DNA of 64,000 nucleotides from a virus, in the IMG/VR virus record IMGVR_UViG_3300011008_000009, positions 32,001-96,000 of that record; one strand, written 5' to 3'. The number at the start of each line of letters is the position of its first letter. The first letter of the stretch is position 1. This document shows positions 9,653-19,978 of this stretch, one piece after another. A program made the position numbers and the translations under genes. The notes below the pieces were generated by a model. The model searched no databases, was not told the DNA's origin, and was given only the letters and a program-made list of their open reading frames with translations.

Positions 9653-10319
9653 ACCCACGGCTCATAGCTATCAGCACGTTCCAAACGTACTTACACAATT
9701 TCTCATTACAATTCTTTTGCTTGGTTACTTCAAAAAATTCTTTAGTTAATGCATCATATTCTTTAGGATTTTTCTTGGCAATAGACTTTCTTAACTTATC
9801 TGCCCAGCTTAACGAAAAGCCGCCGAGTTCGGGTAACTGAACCAACTGCATAAATTGTTCCTGCGCAATACACAATCCATAAGATATTCCAACTATAGGT
9901 TTAAGGATTTCTTTCTCCTTCTCTCCTAAGCCGTATTGCTTCAATTCTTTATCCCATTCCATTTCATTAACTTTAAATCTCGCTAGCTTATTTAATGGCA
10001 TTTCCGCGCCCTTTTCGGGAGCCATAAGTCTTAATGCAGAGTTAAGAATTGCCAAGTCATCGACTGAGGTCGGCTTCATTAAGGCGATACCCTTAATTCC
10101 ACTATCTTTTTCCATTTGAAAGAAAGACCATATTTCGTGGTTCCAAAGTCTTTGCCAACTATTTATATTATCTCTTTCTATTTTATAAACGCCGACTATA
10201 CTTTCATATGTTTCTCTAAGAGAACCTTTATTTTCTACTCTGCCCGCTTCAAGAAGCAAATCAATACAAACTCTCATTTTATCAAGAGCTTCGATTGAGA
10301 GTAGATCCCACTTGATCAG
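9653..10319 (-). CDS. dnaE: DNA polymerase III alpha (DnaE-type), exon 2
   Basis: The frame is open upstream of the track ATG and reads LIKWDLLSIEALD (equivalent to [13 protein letters not shown]). It ends ...IAMSRG plus 1 nt. Confidence 0.75.
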
Positions 10320-11547
10320 CGGTTTGTCATATATTTCTATATGTCCTGACTATCTTTTACCTTATAGGAACTCCGTTTCGAACTACGTATCAATAGTAGC
10401 CCTACTCCCAGTCTCACCCGGGATAGTCGATACACACATATTTTAGAGTAAATTTTTCCAAGTTGTGCCATTTATGACAGCCCTTATAGAAGTGGGTGTC
10501 ACTTGAGGGTAGGCTTTATAAATTTCAGAATTAGAAATGCCTTCTTTGTGCATTTCTCTTATTTTTAATACATCTTGAGTAGTTAATTTCGCTCGACCGT
10601 TATATTGTCCAGCTCTACGAAGACTAGAATGAATTTTTCTGTTTTCTTCTGTAAAAACTTCTGGCATTACTAGTTTATATCTATTACCATAATAAACATT
10701 CCAAAATGTCATTTCGTCTTTGTATGCCCATTTATAATCTTCGTAAACATCCTTCCAATACTCACCTTTTGCATATCTTTCTCTTAATTTTACCACGTCA
10801 TCATATTCGAGAGGACCGTTAGTGAATTGACCAGCAAACTCTCTATTAAAAGGATATTCTTCAGTGGTAGTTGTGAGATTTTTGTAAGTTATATGATGAT
10901 ATATTTTTCTAAAAGTTTCATATTTAATTTTTTCAGAAAATTGTTCATATAACAAGCAAATAGGAATATTTCGATGGTCTAAGATGTATTGTGCTTCTTC
11001 TTCTGTTAGATTAGCATTATTATTATCAGCTCCAGCTTTACCTTTATAAGTAGGAAAATATTTTCCACCAGGGTCAACATTATATCCATTAGGGACTAAG
11101 CTGTTAAACTCTTTAATATATTGTTCTTCTAGCACAATTGCTTCTTCAATTGAAAGGTTTCTATGTAGCACCTTAAATTCAAAGTTATCCTTTCCATATT
11201 TATGGATAGCTTCTTGAATTACTTGTCGATGTTTAAGGTCTTTAGGATAACTTTTTTCGTTTCCCCATTTTTTTTCTACATTGTTAGTAATACCAATGTA
11301 TATTTTTTGATTAATTAAATTTGTTATTTTATATACATACATATTAACACCTCGCACTTTATTACCCTCATAATAAAGTGGGATTTATGTAACGTCTACT
11401 CTAAAATTTTGGCGCGGGATTACCATATCACTGGGATTATGACTTAGGCTTCCCCGCCGCTATATAGGTACTGTTTACTTACGCTTTCGCTGCCTATATA
11501 ACGCTGCCGATAAGCAGTTAGAAGTTTACGAGCCTAACATTTCGTCA
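10320..11547 (-). mobile_element. group I intron (dnaE intron 1) carrying a GIY-YIG homing endonuclease
   Basis: Exon 1 ends ...GAU GUG AGU|, after U. The intron ends ...ACAAACCG|, after G. The RNA has GUAUCGACUAUCCC (about 10418-10431) and AAAGAUAGUCAGG (about 10345-10357), which can form P7. Confidence 0.7.
10443..11342 (-). CDS. GIY-YIG homing endonuclease
   Basis: MYVYKITNLINQKIYIGITNN...YNVDPGG. GAGGTG lies 5 nt before this ATG. The C-terminus has an HTH-like KIREMHKEGISNSEIYK. Confidence 0.85.
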   Translation of the reverse strand: MYVYKITNLINQKIYIGITNNVEKKWGNEKSYPKDLKHRQVIQEAIHKYGKDNFEFKVLHRNLSIEEAIVLEEQYIKEFNSLVPNGYNVDPGGKYFPTYKGKAGADNNNANLTEEEAQYILDHRNIPICLLYEQFSEKIKYETFRKIYHHITYKNLTTTTEEYPFNREFAGQFTNGPLEYDDVVKLRERYAKGEYWKDVYEDYKWAYKDEMTFWNVYYGNRYKLVMPEVFTEENRKIHSSLRRAGQYNGRAKLTTQDVLKIREMHKEGISNSEIYKAYPQVTPTSIRAVINGTTWKNLL

Positions 11548-13482
11548 ACTCACATCTTCGCACTGGTGTAGATCGAACTGAGTAATAATATCTCCACTTC
11601 TTGTTCTCATAAGTGCAGAATACTCACTAAACGGCTCTTCTACCAATATTACTCCACCTGCATGAGAGCCTACTCCATTAACTAATCCTTCAATTCGCTG
11701 AGCAACTTCCCATACTTTAGGATAATCTTCTGTCATAAGTTTAACAAAAGTTCTGTCGGGTTCTATACCATTTTCTTCATCACCATAAAAGGTCTGACTA
11801 AGAGTTCTGGCAATACCACGTTCAGCTTTTATAAAAGAAGCCAAGTAACTAGCTTCATCTATATCAATTCCTAATCCTCTGCAAGCTGTAAGTATTGCAC
11901 TCTTACTAGCCTCGGTTTTAAGAGTTTGAACTTTACTAATACGGATATCGTTCCAATCCTCTGTATCGTCAGAACTTTTGCGAGAAGCATTATACTTTTC
12001 GCCTAATGCCTTCAACACCGACTGGCGCTTATTTCCTTGAATATCTATATCAATATCCAATACAGATGCACGCTCAGGGTTCAAAAATCTCCAGGGGAAT
12101 GTTGATGTTCTTTCTCTTAACGGGTTAATCTGCGTGATGTCAAGCAAGTAAAGAAGAACAAAACCTACACCAGAACCTCTTCCCGCGCCAACCAGTGTGT
12201 CACCCTCATTCCAAGCTATTTTTACTAATTCACTCGTCTGAAGAAGATAACCTGACCACCGAGTGTTCATCTTTTCCGAAGATACCCACAACGAATTAAG
12301 ACATACATCAATTGCTTTATACATCTCTTCGTTCGCGCGCTCAATCGGGTCTTTCTCAATTGCTTCAACTATTCTACGAGCAAGGTGTCTATCACTATCG
12401 TACTGCGATGTGGCAAACTGCTTTAATAGCTTTATATCGCTGTACTTATCTATAAGTTCCATATCAGGCTCTCTCGTGTCTGACGGAACATAAGGTATGT
12501 GCAAAGGCTTTGTTAAATCATAGTTTTCACACATATCATATATAATTTTTGTGTTTGCAAGTCCACGACTTACCGCTTCGGCGCCGATATTGCTATCCAT
12601 ATATTCGTGAATTTCTTCTGTACTCATAAGATAAGTACTCGCGTAGAAATCCATTACTTCTCTTTCGCCGTCTTGCGATTTGAGAAATGCTTCGTGTATG
12701 GGGCGCTCTTCCTTTTTAAGATAATGTGAGTCGGTAGTTATTATATAAGGTATATACATCTTAAATGTACCTAAGTGTACTAACACCTTATTAACAAACT
12801 GCTGTTCTTCACTTGTCTTTGACGGTTGAAGCTCTAAAAAGAAATTTTCCTTTCCGAATATGGACTGAATATTTTCTATCCAAGAATACAATTCATTCCA
12901 AAATTCACCGCTCCACTCTGGGTCATTTGTTATTTCTGCTCTATGTTTTAATATCCAGCCGTCTATCCACGAGCCAAGACAAGCACTCGAAGCGATTACG
13001 TGACCAGGGTTCGCACCGATTATTTCTTTTAAGTCACTATAATAAGTTGGAACTCTTGTCATTCGTGCCGTTTCAAAACTATTGTTCCAAGCACGAGTTG
13101 ATAACTGACGCAACTGCTTATTTCCTATTTCATCTTTAGCTAATAGAATAAAGTGATAATACTTATCTTCGCCCTTGATGAAGTTCTCTTTACATAGTCC
13201 GTTACGACATAAATAAATTTCGTTTCCAAGTATCAGCTTAAAATTCTTAATACGTTCTTTTTCTTCACCTGTCGCGGCGTTCTTTAGTCTTTTCTGATAA
13301 TGTTTCTGCGCCATTAGGAAACCGCCAATAGTCTCGTGGTCTGTAATGGCTACTCCGTTATGTCCAAGTTCAATTGCATAATCTATAAGATTATCAACCT
13401 TATTAATACAATCCCTTAGACGATAATTACTGTGCTCGGTATGATTATGACAATCTACGAAAAATTCGGGTGTCAATATCAT
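11548..13482 (-). CDS. dnaE: DNA polymerase III alpha (DnaE-type), exon 1 (PHP domain and palm)
   Basis: PHP motif DCHNHTEHSNY...VAITDHE. Ends ...ITQFDLHQCEDVS, equivalent to [13 protein letters not shown] of E. coli DnaE. Confidence 0.85.
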
Positions 13483-13506
13483 CGCCTCCTTTTTCCTTAT
13501 ATTAAT

Positions 13507-13535
13507 ATTATATCATATTTTTTAAAAAAAGTCAA
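13507..13535 (-). promoter_or_regulatory. sigma70/sigmaA-type promoter upstream of dnaE
   Basis: Minus strand reads TTGACT-17 nt (ending TATGA)-TATAAT. Confidence 0.7.
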
Positions 13536-13558
13536 GAGTAGACTTATAGCCTACTCTT
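13534..13558 (-). terminator. hairpin terminator after the recJ-like gene, fused to the dnaE promoter -35
   Basis: aagagtag-9 nt-ctactctt is an 8-bp stem starting at the stop codon. On the minus-strand RNA it is followed by GACUUUUUUU, which is the -35 box plus a T-run. Confidence 0.6.
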
Positions 13559-15320
13559 AGAAATCAAATATTGTACCACCAATTTCGTAGTCTTTTATTA
13601 TAACTTGTGGACTTGTTGTTCCATTCCATTCGTTAATTGCTCCTTCCCCTATGATAGTAATAATAAACTCGTCTCCTGCTTGTCTTAGCTTTTCAATGTC
13701 TTGAGATGCAAAGAACTTAATATAAGTAATACCATTTACTTTAAAACGGAGTGTATCTGAACGGGCGCCGCACACTTGAATATCACTTTGGTTGAGAGAT
13801 AGACCAGTGACGGCTATTAAAGGTGCGTCATTTTTCTGACCCCAAATTCGGTCATCTTTATATACATCAAATATAAAATCACTAATAGTTTCATCTGTAC
13901 TAGGAGCAGCATATTCTACCTCATAGAAATTATCTGAAAAATTAACATCTTTTAGTTTTTCATTTGCATAGTTAAGGAACTTACCAACATTTTTATCGGG
14001 AATACTTACGCCAAAAGCATTTTCGTGACCTTGTGCATATTCAAAGTAGCCACTTTCAATTAAGAAAGAACGTAAATTTTTAAATTCTCCCTTTCCGTCA
14101 TTGCGCGCACTACCACGAAGAAAGCCTTCGTCGTTCTTTCTAACTATCAGCACTGGCTTTTTGTACTTATCAGCCAGCTTCATAGCAACTAAGCCGTTTA
14201 AGGTAGTGGGAAAACTAAAAGTATCATCTAATATTGCAATAATTACAGTATTATCTATTTCTCCCGTACCTTGCAAAAACATATCAATACTATCCATAGC
14301 TCTGGTAACGGAAGTATCTTGTCTATTTTTCGCGTTAGTTCCTTCACGCGCCATTTGATCTGCTAAACGTTCTGTTTCACCTTTTGCTCCACGCTTGGTG
14401 CTAGGAACTACTTTATCGCCGTCTATAAAGGCTCCAAACATTCTCTCTTTTTCATTTGGAGTTCCAACTCTAACGATAGAGTTTATTAATGGAGCAATAA
14501 AGAAACTTACTCCAGTGGGAGAGATGTTATTAGAACGTTTTAGGGAAAAGGATTGTTTACTAACGATAGCTTTTAGAAAGGCATTGTAGATAATATGCAA
14601 TCCATAATAAGAGAAAGCTCTATTCTCAATCTCTCTCATATCCATACAGTCGCCTATAATACCGACCGCCGCCAAATCCATAAGTGTATTGACTATGGGT
14701 GGATTGAAGTCTTCAGATGCCCAATCTGTAATCATTTCCTCATAATACTTACAGAACTGCCAGGTAACCCCTGCTCCAGAAAGAGCCTTATTGGTATAAT
14801 TCTTAGACAACTGATTATTAATGATAACAGTATGCTCGTTATTGAAATAGTAATCTTCATCTATATCATCAACCAAGTGGTGGTCGAGTATTAATATATC
14901 GGCGCCGGCATCGTTGAGAGCCTTTTGCTGCTCAAAATCATTGCTACCAGCATCGGGTACGATAATCAATCCATAATTTTTATTTATTAAGTTATCTATT
15001 TGATCCTCTAAGCCGTGTTGCTTGCCTTCGTGAATATAATAATCTATATCAATTTCATAATAGCTTTTTAAAAAATTATATATAATGGCGGCGCTAGTAT
15101 AGCCATCGCAGTCACAATCTACAATAAGAGCAATCTTAGAATGATTATGAATGTGTTTTTCTAATAGCTTATATCCTCTCTCAATATTATCTAAATTAAG
15201 AGGTGGCTCGATGTCGCTCATTAAAGGGTTGGCATATCTTTCGGGGTCTTCAATTCCCCTTTCTTTTAGTATTGTATTTAAATAATCTTGCTTAATTAAC
15301 GATTTGACCTTATATTGCAT
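13557..15320 (-). CDS. DHH-family phosphoesterase, RecJ-like ssDNA exonuclease
   Basis: DHH motifs VDCDCDGYTS, VPDAGSND and ILILDHH. Confidence 0.75.
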   Translation of the reverse strand: MQYKVKSLIKQDYLNTILKERGIEDPERYANPLMSDIEPPLNLDNIERGYKLLEKHIHNHSKIALIVDCDCDGYTSAAIIYNFLKSYYEIDIDYYIHEGKQHGLEDQIDNLINKNYGLIIVPDAGSNDFEQQKALNDAGADILILDHHLVDDIDEDYYFNNEHTVIINNQLSKNYTNKALSGAGVTWQFCKYYEEMITDWASEDFNPPIVNTLMDLAAVGIIGDCMDMREIENRAFSYYGLHIIYNAFLKAIVSKQSFSLKRSNNISPTGVSFFIAPLINSIVRVGTPNEKERMFGAFIDGDKVVPSTKRGAKGETERLADQMAREGTNAKNRQDTSVTRAMDSIDMFLQGTGEIDNTVIIAILDDTFSFPTTLNGLVAMKLADKYKKPVLIVRKNDEGFLRGSARNDGKGEFKNLRSFLIESGYFEYAQGHENAFGVSIPDKNVGKFLNYANEKLKDVNFSDNFYEVEYAAPSTDETISDFIFDVYKDDRIWGQKNDAPLIAVTGLSLNQSDIQVCGARSDTLRFKVNGITYIKFFASQDIEKLRQAGDEFIITIIGEGAINEWNGTTSPQVIIKDYEIGGTIFDF

Positions 15321-15337
15321 TTAATCTCTCCTATAAT

Positions 15338-16423
15338 TTATATTCTAACTCTCTTTGAAAGTAAGTATTCAAAAACGTCTTGACCTTTATCTATTGGAGA
15401 GTCTTTGTCTGATAATAACCCTTCTCTATCAAAGATAAAACTAAAATTACAATAGTGCTTATACTTATCACACATATTGTATAGTTTATTAAAATACAAC
15501 TCATTATCTTTAGTGGTTATATTTTCCTTATCATAAGCTATTATTATTTCTGATACATTTTTATTTAATAGTAACTTTAATTGTGCCTTATGAAAATTAC
15601 TTCCACAAGATGCTACTGCTATATTTTGTGGATAATATTTATCCATTAACAACACACTTTTTTCTCCCTCAAAGACAATGGCGCAATGTCTTTTATTAAT
15701 ATTGTTTTTATTAATATTAAGTCCATATAGATTGAGGGATAGTGGATGTGCATAAGTAATTCCTTGAATAGTTACTGGACGATACTTGCCTTTTTCTATA
15801 TCCTCTGGATTTAGGGCGCGACCTCTAATTCCTATTAATTCATTGTTTTCATCATAATGAGGAATGATAATTTTATTTTGAGAAATGGAATATAAAATAT
15901 TAAATTTATCCATACTTTCTGGCGTGATACCTTCGTTCAACCATTCGTATGTGTAATATTTAATAAATGGAGAAAGAGCAGCGTCAGGGAAGGTTTTCAG
16001 TTTTAAAGGTTCTTTCTTCTTAAACTTTTCTGATAAAGGAACATATCCCAGTTCATCAAAACTACTTCCTTTTATTAAAGGCTTTTTAGCTAACAGAGTT
16101 TTAATAGTTTCTTTATACTGTTGCTGAGACATCTGTCTTGTATCACAATATCTTTTTATCAGTCCAAATATATCAAAACTCTCGCCGCAGTCTGTATAAC
16201 AATGAAATAGTTTATTTGATTTGTAGTAGTATAATTTTAAGCTAGCCGTTTCAACATCTGCATTATGACAAATGGTCGGGAAAATTAAATAGTCATTTTT
16301 GTTTTCATAGTTATTGACGCCAAGTGTTTGTAAGAAACTTATTACATCTTCTTCCGTTAAACTATTCTTAAAGTTTTCAAAGAAAATACGTCTTTCTTCA
16401 TTAATCAAAATAACACACTCCAA
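15338..16423 (-). CDS. DNA primase (DnaG-like: Zn-finger plus Toprim)
   Basis: CHN...HCYTDCGESFDIFGLI is CHC2-like. VFEGEKSVLL gives the Toprim glutamate. Overlaps the helicase gene end. Confidence 0.7.
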   Translation of the reverse strand: MECVILINEERRIFFENFKNSLTEEDVISFLQTLGVNNYENKNDYLIFPTICHNADVETASLKLYYYKSNKLFHCYTDCGESFDIFGLIKRYCDTRQMSQQQYKETIKTLLAKKPLIKGSSFDELGYVPLSEKFKKKEPLKLKTFPDAALSPFIKYYTYEWLNEGITPESMDKFNILYSISQNKIIIPHYDENNELIGIRGRALNPEDIEKGKYRPVTIQGITYAHPLSLNLYGLNINKNNINKRHCAIVFEGEKSVLLMDKYYPQNIAVASCGSNFHKAQLKLLLNKNVSEIIIAYDKENITTKDNELYFNKLYNMCDKYKHYCNFSFIFDREGLLSDKDSPIDKGQDVFEYLLSKRVRI

Positions 16424-18054
16424 TCTATACTTTGCGGTTCAATAACTTCTCCGTCGTCTGTCAACTTAACATTATTAGTCTGTTCTAGAAGTTTCTTGGT
16501 ATACATTCTAGCTTCTGGCTCATATTGAGCTGCATTATTATATTCAAACTTATAGTTTATGACAGTGAAGTCGGGAACTTCTTCATATCGAGCATTGGTT
16601 ATAAACAAATCCCTTTTCTTTAAGGTTCCCAAATCGACGTAACTCCAAATTCTAACCTTAACATATTTACTACCACGATTCTTACATACATCCAATACTT
16701 GGTTCGGAGTAATCTTATATTTCTCTATTAAAGGAGCCAGAATTTCTAATTCATCTTGTGATATGGTCGCGCCTATTGCTCCGACATCAGCTTTATCCAG
16801 AATTGCTTTAGAACCTCTAATTAAAGACTGATCCTTAATCTCCTTTTTTCTACCTGCTTCAGAACTAACATCATTTAACTGAGTAGCTGTCATAACAAAA
16901 ATTTTGAGTTCAACGGCAAGGTTCTTCAAAGCCGTTGATAAGATATTTAAAATAACATCTTCTCTTATTTTCAAATCTCTGTACTCATTCAAAAGTCCAG
17001 GACCAGAAAAGATATAGTCATAAAAAAGATTTTCAATACCATCTTTAAAATAATGATATTTTACTTTAGCTCTAATCTGTTCTATTGTAGGGTCGGGCAT
17101 ATGAACTACTATAAGATTATCCTTATATTTTTTTATAACCTCTGCCGCAATTTTCAGTCTAGTCTTTATTTCATCACTATAATTTCCTTGAAGTATAATG
17201 TCTTCGTCCAAATCTGCTACATAAGCCAAAACCATAGTCTGAATTTCTTCCAGTTCCTGCTCTGTTGCAAAGTACAGACACTTTTCACTCATACCGGTGA
17301 CTTCCCACTCACCCTTAGCGCAATTGTAGACATAAGGGAAAGATAAATAGCAAACATCACCTATCATATTTCTTGTCTTACCAACGCCAGTTCCCATTGA
17401 ACGAACGTAGTATTTACTCTTACGGGCGCCACGAACAACTGTATTAAAGATATTTCCTTGTAATGGACTACCGACATCAGGGGTTGTGTTTAGGTTTTCA
17501 ATTAAATCACTAATTCCATCTGCAATAGAATAAGATTTGCTTTCTTGGCTAACCTTATACTTTTCTTCTAATACAGAAAGTTTTCCTGTAAAGTGATCTA
17601 TTATATCTTTAATACTTAATTCTTCGAACTTTTCGTTAATGGCTTGCGCACTATCCAATAACATATTCTCACAATAAATAGTGTTAGTTGGATATCCCAT
17701 TAACTTTAAATCTTGTATGAGTTTTAACTTCTTAAACTTATTATAGTAATAATCAAAGTTATCGACTTGAGCTAAATCCAAAGCGTCTTGCAAAAACGCT
17801 ATGCCTTTTTCTTTTTCAAAAATAGCATAACAGTTAGGTTTGTCGCTTAAGTAAGCATCTATATCTTGAGGAGATATGGTTTCGGCGCCGTTTATATATA
17901 GATTATAGATTGAAGCAAATATATACTTTTCAAAACTAGTACCAAAGTCTTCTGGCACTATATTATATTTATCGGTTTGAGCCATTAATGTCGGGTTTAG
18001 CATTAGGCTCCCAAATAATTGAATAATAATCTTTTTATCAATTAAAGAGTTCAA
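16405..18054 (-). CDS. replicative DNA helicase (DnaB family)
   Basis: Walker A SMGTGVGKT. DnaB-like N-terminal domain. Position next to the primase. Confidence 0.75.
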   Translation of the reverse strand: MNSLIDKKIIIQLFGSLMLNPTLMAQTDKYNIVPEDFGTSFEKYIFASIYNLYINGAETISPQDIDAYLSDKPNCYAIFEKEKGIAFLQDALDLAQVDNFDYYYNKFKKLKLIQDLKLMGYPTNTIYCENMLLDSAQAINEKFEELSIKDIIDHFTGKLSVLEEKYKVSQESKSYSIADGISDLIENLNTTPDVGSPLQGNIFNTVVRGARKSKYYVRSMGTGVGKTRNMIGDVCYLSFPYVYNCAKGEWEVTGMSEKCLYFATEQELEEIQTMVLAYVADLDEDIILQGNYSDEIKTRLKIAAEVIKKYKDNLIVVHMPDPTIEQIRAKVKYHYFKDGIENLFYDYIFSGPGLLNEYRDLKIREDVILNILSTALKNLAVELKIFVMTATQLNDVSSEAGRKKEIKDQSLIRGSKAILDKADVGAIGATISQDELEILAPLIEKYKITPNQVLDVCKNRGSKYVKVRIWSYVDLGTLKKRDLFITNARYEEVPDFTVINYKFEYNNAAQYEPEARMYTKKLLEQTNNVKLTDDGEVIEPQSIDWSVLF

Positions 18055-18653
18055 ACCAAATCCTCCAAATTAATGTCTTTTTTCCGTCTACTCGGCGCCT
18101 TTTTGATAACAACTACCTTTTCTTCTTGACTTAATTGCTTTTCAATATTAACTAATACTCTATTCTGTACATTAGTTAAATTTGAGTAGTAGTTCTTTGC
18201 ATCATCATAAATGTAAGGAAGAATACCTATTCTATTTTGAGATTTTTCTACAGAACCTTTTTTGACCTCAAAATAATATTTGAGAGCATAATACATACTT
18301 TTATAAGAATAACCATTCTCTTCGTGAAAACGCTTAATCATTGCCGAGTTTGTAGGTCCGGGCGCCTTAAGGTGAAATATTTCGCAAATATAATCATTTA
18401 ATTCTTTTTTATCCAAATCTTCGGAGCTAATACAACTCTTGTGAATATATCCGTTAGATTTCTTAATATATTCATCTGTTAGCTTATTGATACCTTTTCT
18501 ACAAATCTGACAAATAACAGTATTCTTTTTGATTTGAAAATTATCTTCACATTGTTTATGAGCATAGCCATTACTAAGTTTGACGTAATCATCAACGCGT
18601 TTATCTACTTGCTGACCGCATCTACGACACTTTACTATATCCATAAAATTCAC
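18051..18653 (-). CDS. duplicated Zn-ribbon protein, possible helicase loader
   Basis: Two copies of C-x2-C...D(D/E)Y(V/I)K(L/K)SNGY(A/I)HK(Q/S)C. The stop overlaps the helicase start (ATGA-type coupling). Confidence 0.6.
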   Translation of the reverse strand: MNFMDIVKCRRCGQQVDKRVDDYVKLSNGYAHKQCEDNFQIKKNTVICQICRKGINKLTDEYIKKSNGYIHKSCISSEDLDKKELNDYICEIFHLKAPGPTNSAMIKRFHEENGYSYKSMYYALKYYFEVKKGSVEKSQNRIGILPYIYDDAKNYYSNLTNVQNRVLVNIEKQLSQEEKVVVIKKAPSRRKKDINLEDLV

Positions 18654-18669
18654 CCCAATTCTATAATAT

Positions 18670-18698
18670 AGTATATCATAACTTTAATAAAAAGTCAA
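18670..18698 (-). promoter_or_regulatory. sigma70/sigmaA-type promoter
   Basis: Minus strand reads TTGACT-17 nt (ending TATGA)-TATACT. Confidence 0.65.
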
Positions 18699-18699
18699 G

Positions 18700-19944
18700 T
18701 TATTCTATTTCGTCAAGGTAAGCAGAAGCCTGTGCCGTTAAACTTCTTTCTATATTGTTTAATCTTACCATACCAAAGATAGGCGAGAACTTATCACTAA
18801 AGCGCAGTTTAGTTAAAAGTCTTAATCCGCTTCTATCTCTAAAAGTATCGCTATCAGCTTGCTTAATATCTCCGTCAAAGAAGATACGAGTGCCTTCGCC
18901 GCAGCGCCCTATAAGTAGTTTAATATGTTTATCGGTTAGATTTTGAGCTTCGTTGACTATAATAATAGATCTATCAAAACTACGACCTCTAGCTATTGAA
19001 ATCGGTACTAACTCAATTTTTGATTCATCAACATAAGACTTAAGTCTATCGTATCCTATCAAATCTATCCAGCTACCTAAATGAATTAACTCTTTATCAA
19101 ACAGCTCACCAGGAAGGGCGCCGATATCACGAGTATCTTCATTGAAGCTATTGTTTGGCACATAAACAATTTTATTAATCTTACCCTTCTCTAACATTTC
19201 AAGGGCATAGTTCTTTAAGCAAAAAGTCTTTCCGGTGCCAAAAGGACCAGTAGCTAAAAGTATGGATATCTTTTCATCACGCAGTAGATTAAACAGCGCA
19301 ATCTGCTCGGGATTTCTTGGCTTAATACTATCATAAGGATTTTTAATTTGCTGTTGAGTTAGGCTAAGTGGAACTAAGCGATTGTTATTAAAACGATAAA
19401 TACTATGCAATCTCTCTAAATCTCGAATACTATTGTCCTTTTCTTTTAGGTCGTATTGCTTTCGGTATACGATTAAAAACTCATTCTCATACATTTCTTC
19501 TTCGGTCCAATCTGTTTTCTGAAGAAGATTATCTAATCCTACGTTGTAATCGTTCTCGTCAAAATCTAGGGTTATGGTTCTTACTCCACTGTAGTCGGTA
19601 GCAACTGTCTGATATTTCTGAATTTTTACTTGATAATAATCTGCGATAGCCCAGAACACTACATTGTTAGTAATTATAATTAAGTTTTCTCTTTCAGAAG
19701 TGCTACCTAAACTTTGTATATATTCGTCTATATCTTTCTTAGGAGAGAAAAATATATTTTTGTACACTTCTGTTACAACTCGTATAGCTCTTTCCGCCTT
19801 TATCTTGTTGATATTATCTCTATACCTATCATTTGCTAAGGCATAAACCCTATCCATATCTCTTGTTAAAATAGTGATATCGGTTAATTCCTTTAATATA
19901 GAGGGTTGATTCATCAATAAATCTAAAGTTACTAGATAATTCAT
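18700..19944 (-). CDS. PhoH-like ATPase
   Basis: Walker A LATGPFGTGKTF. IIIVNEAQNL and FFDGDIKQAD are typical of the PhoH/YlaK family. Confidence 0.75.
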   Translation of the reverse strand: MNYLVTLDLLMNQPSILKELTDITILTRDMDRVYALANDRYRDNINKIKAERAIRVVTEVYKNIFFSPKKDIDEYIQSLGSTSERENLIIITNNVVFWAIADYYQVKIQKYQTVATDYSGVRTITLDFDENDYNVGLDNLLQKTDWTEEEMYENEFLIVYRKQYDLKEKDNSIRDLERLHSIYRFNNNRLVPLSLTQQQIKNPYDSIKPRNPEQIALFNLLRDEKISILLATGPFGTGKTFCLKNYALEMLEKGKINKIVYVPNNSFNEDTRDIGALPGELFDKELIHLGSWIDLIGYDRLKSYVDESKIELVPISIARGRSFDRSIIIVNEAQNLTDKHIKLLIGRCGEGTRIFFDGDIKQADSDTFRDRSGLRLLTKLRFSDKFSPIFGMVRLNNIERSLTAQASAYLDEIE

Positions 19945-19978
19945 ACGAACTCCTTATTATACAAGAATAAGGGGAGGC

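Noticed and set aside
19953-19973. Short hairpin ccttatt-atacaag-aataagg between the PhoH-like and Sak4-like genes.
   Set aside because: A 7-bp AT-rich stem overlapping the ribosome-binding site, with no U-tract. It is too weak to call as a terminator or regulator.
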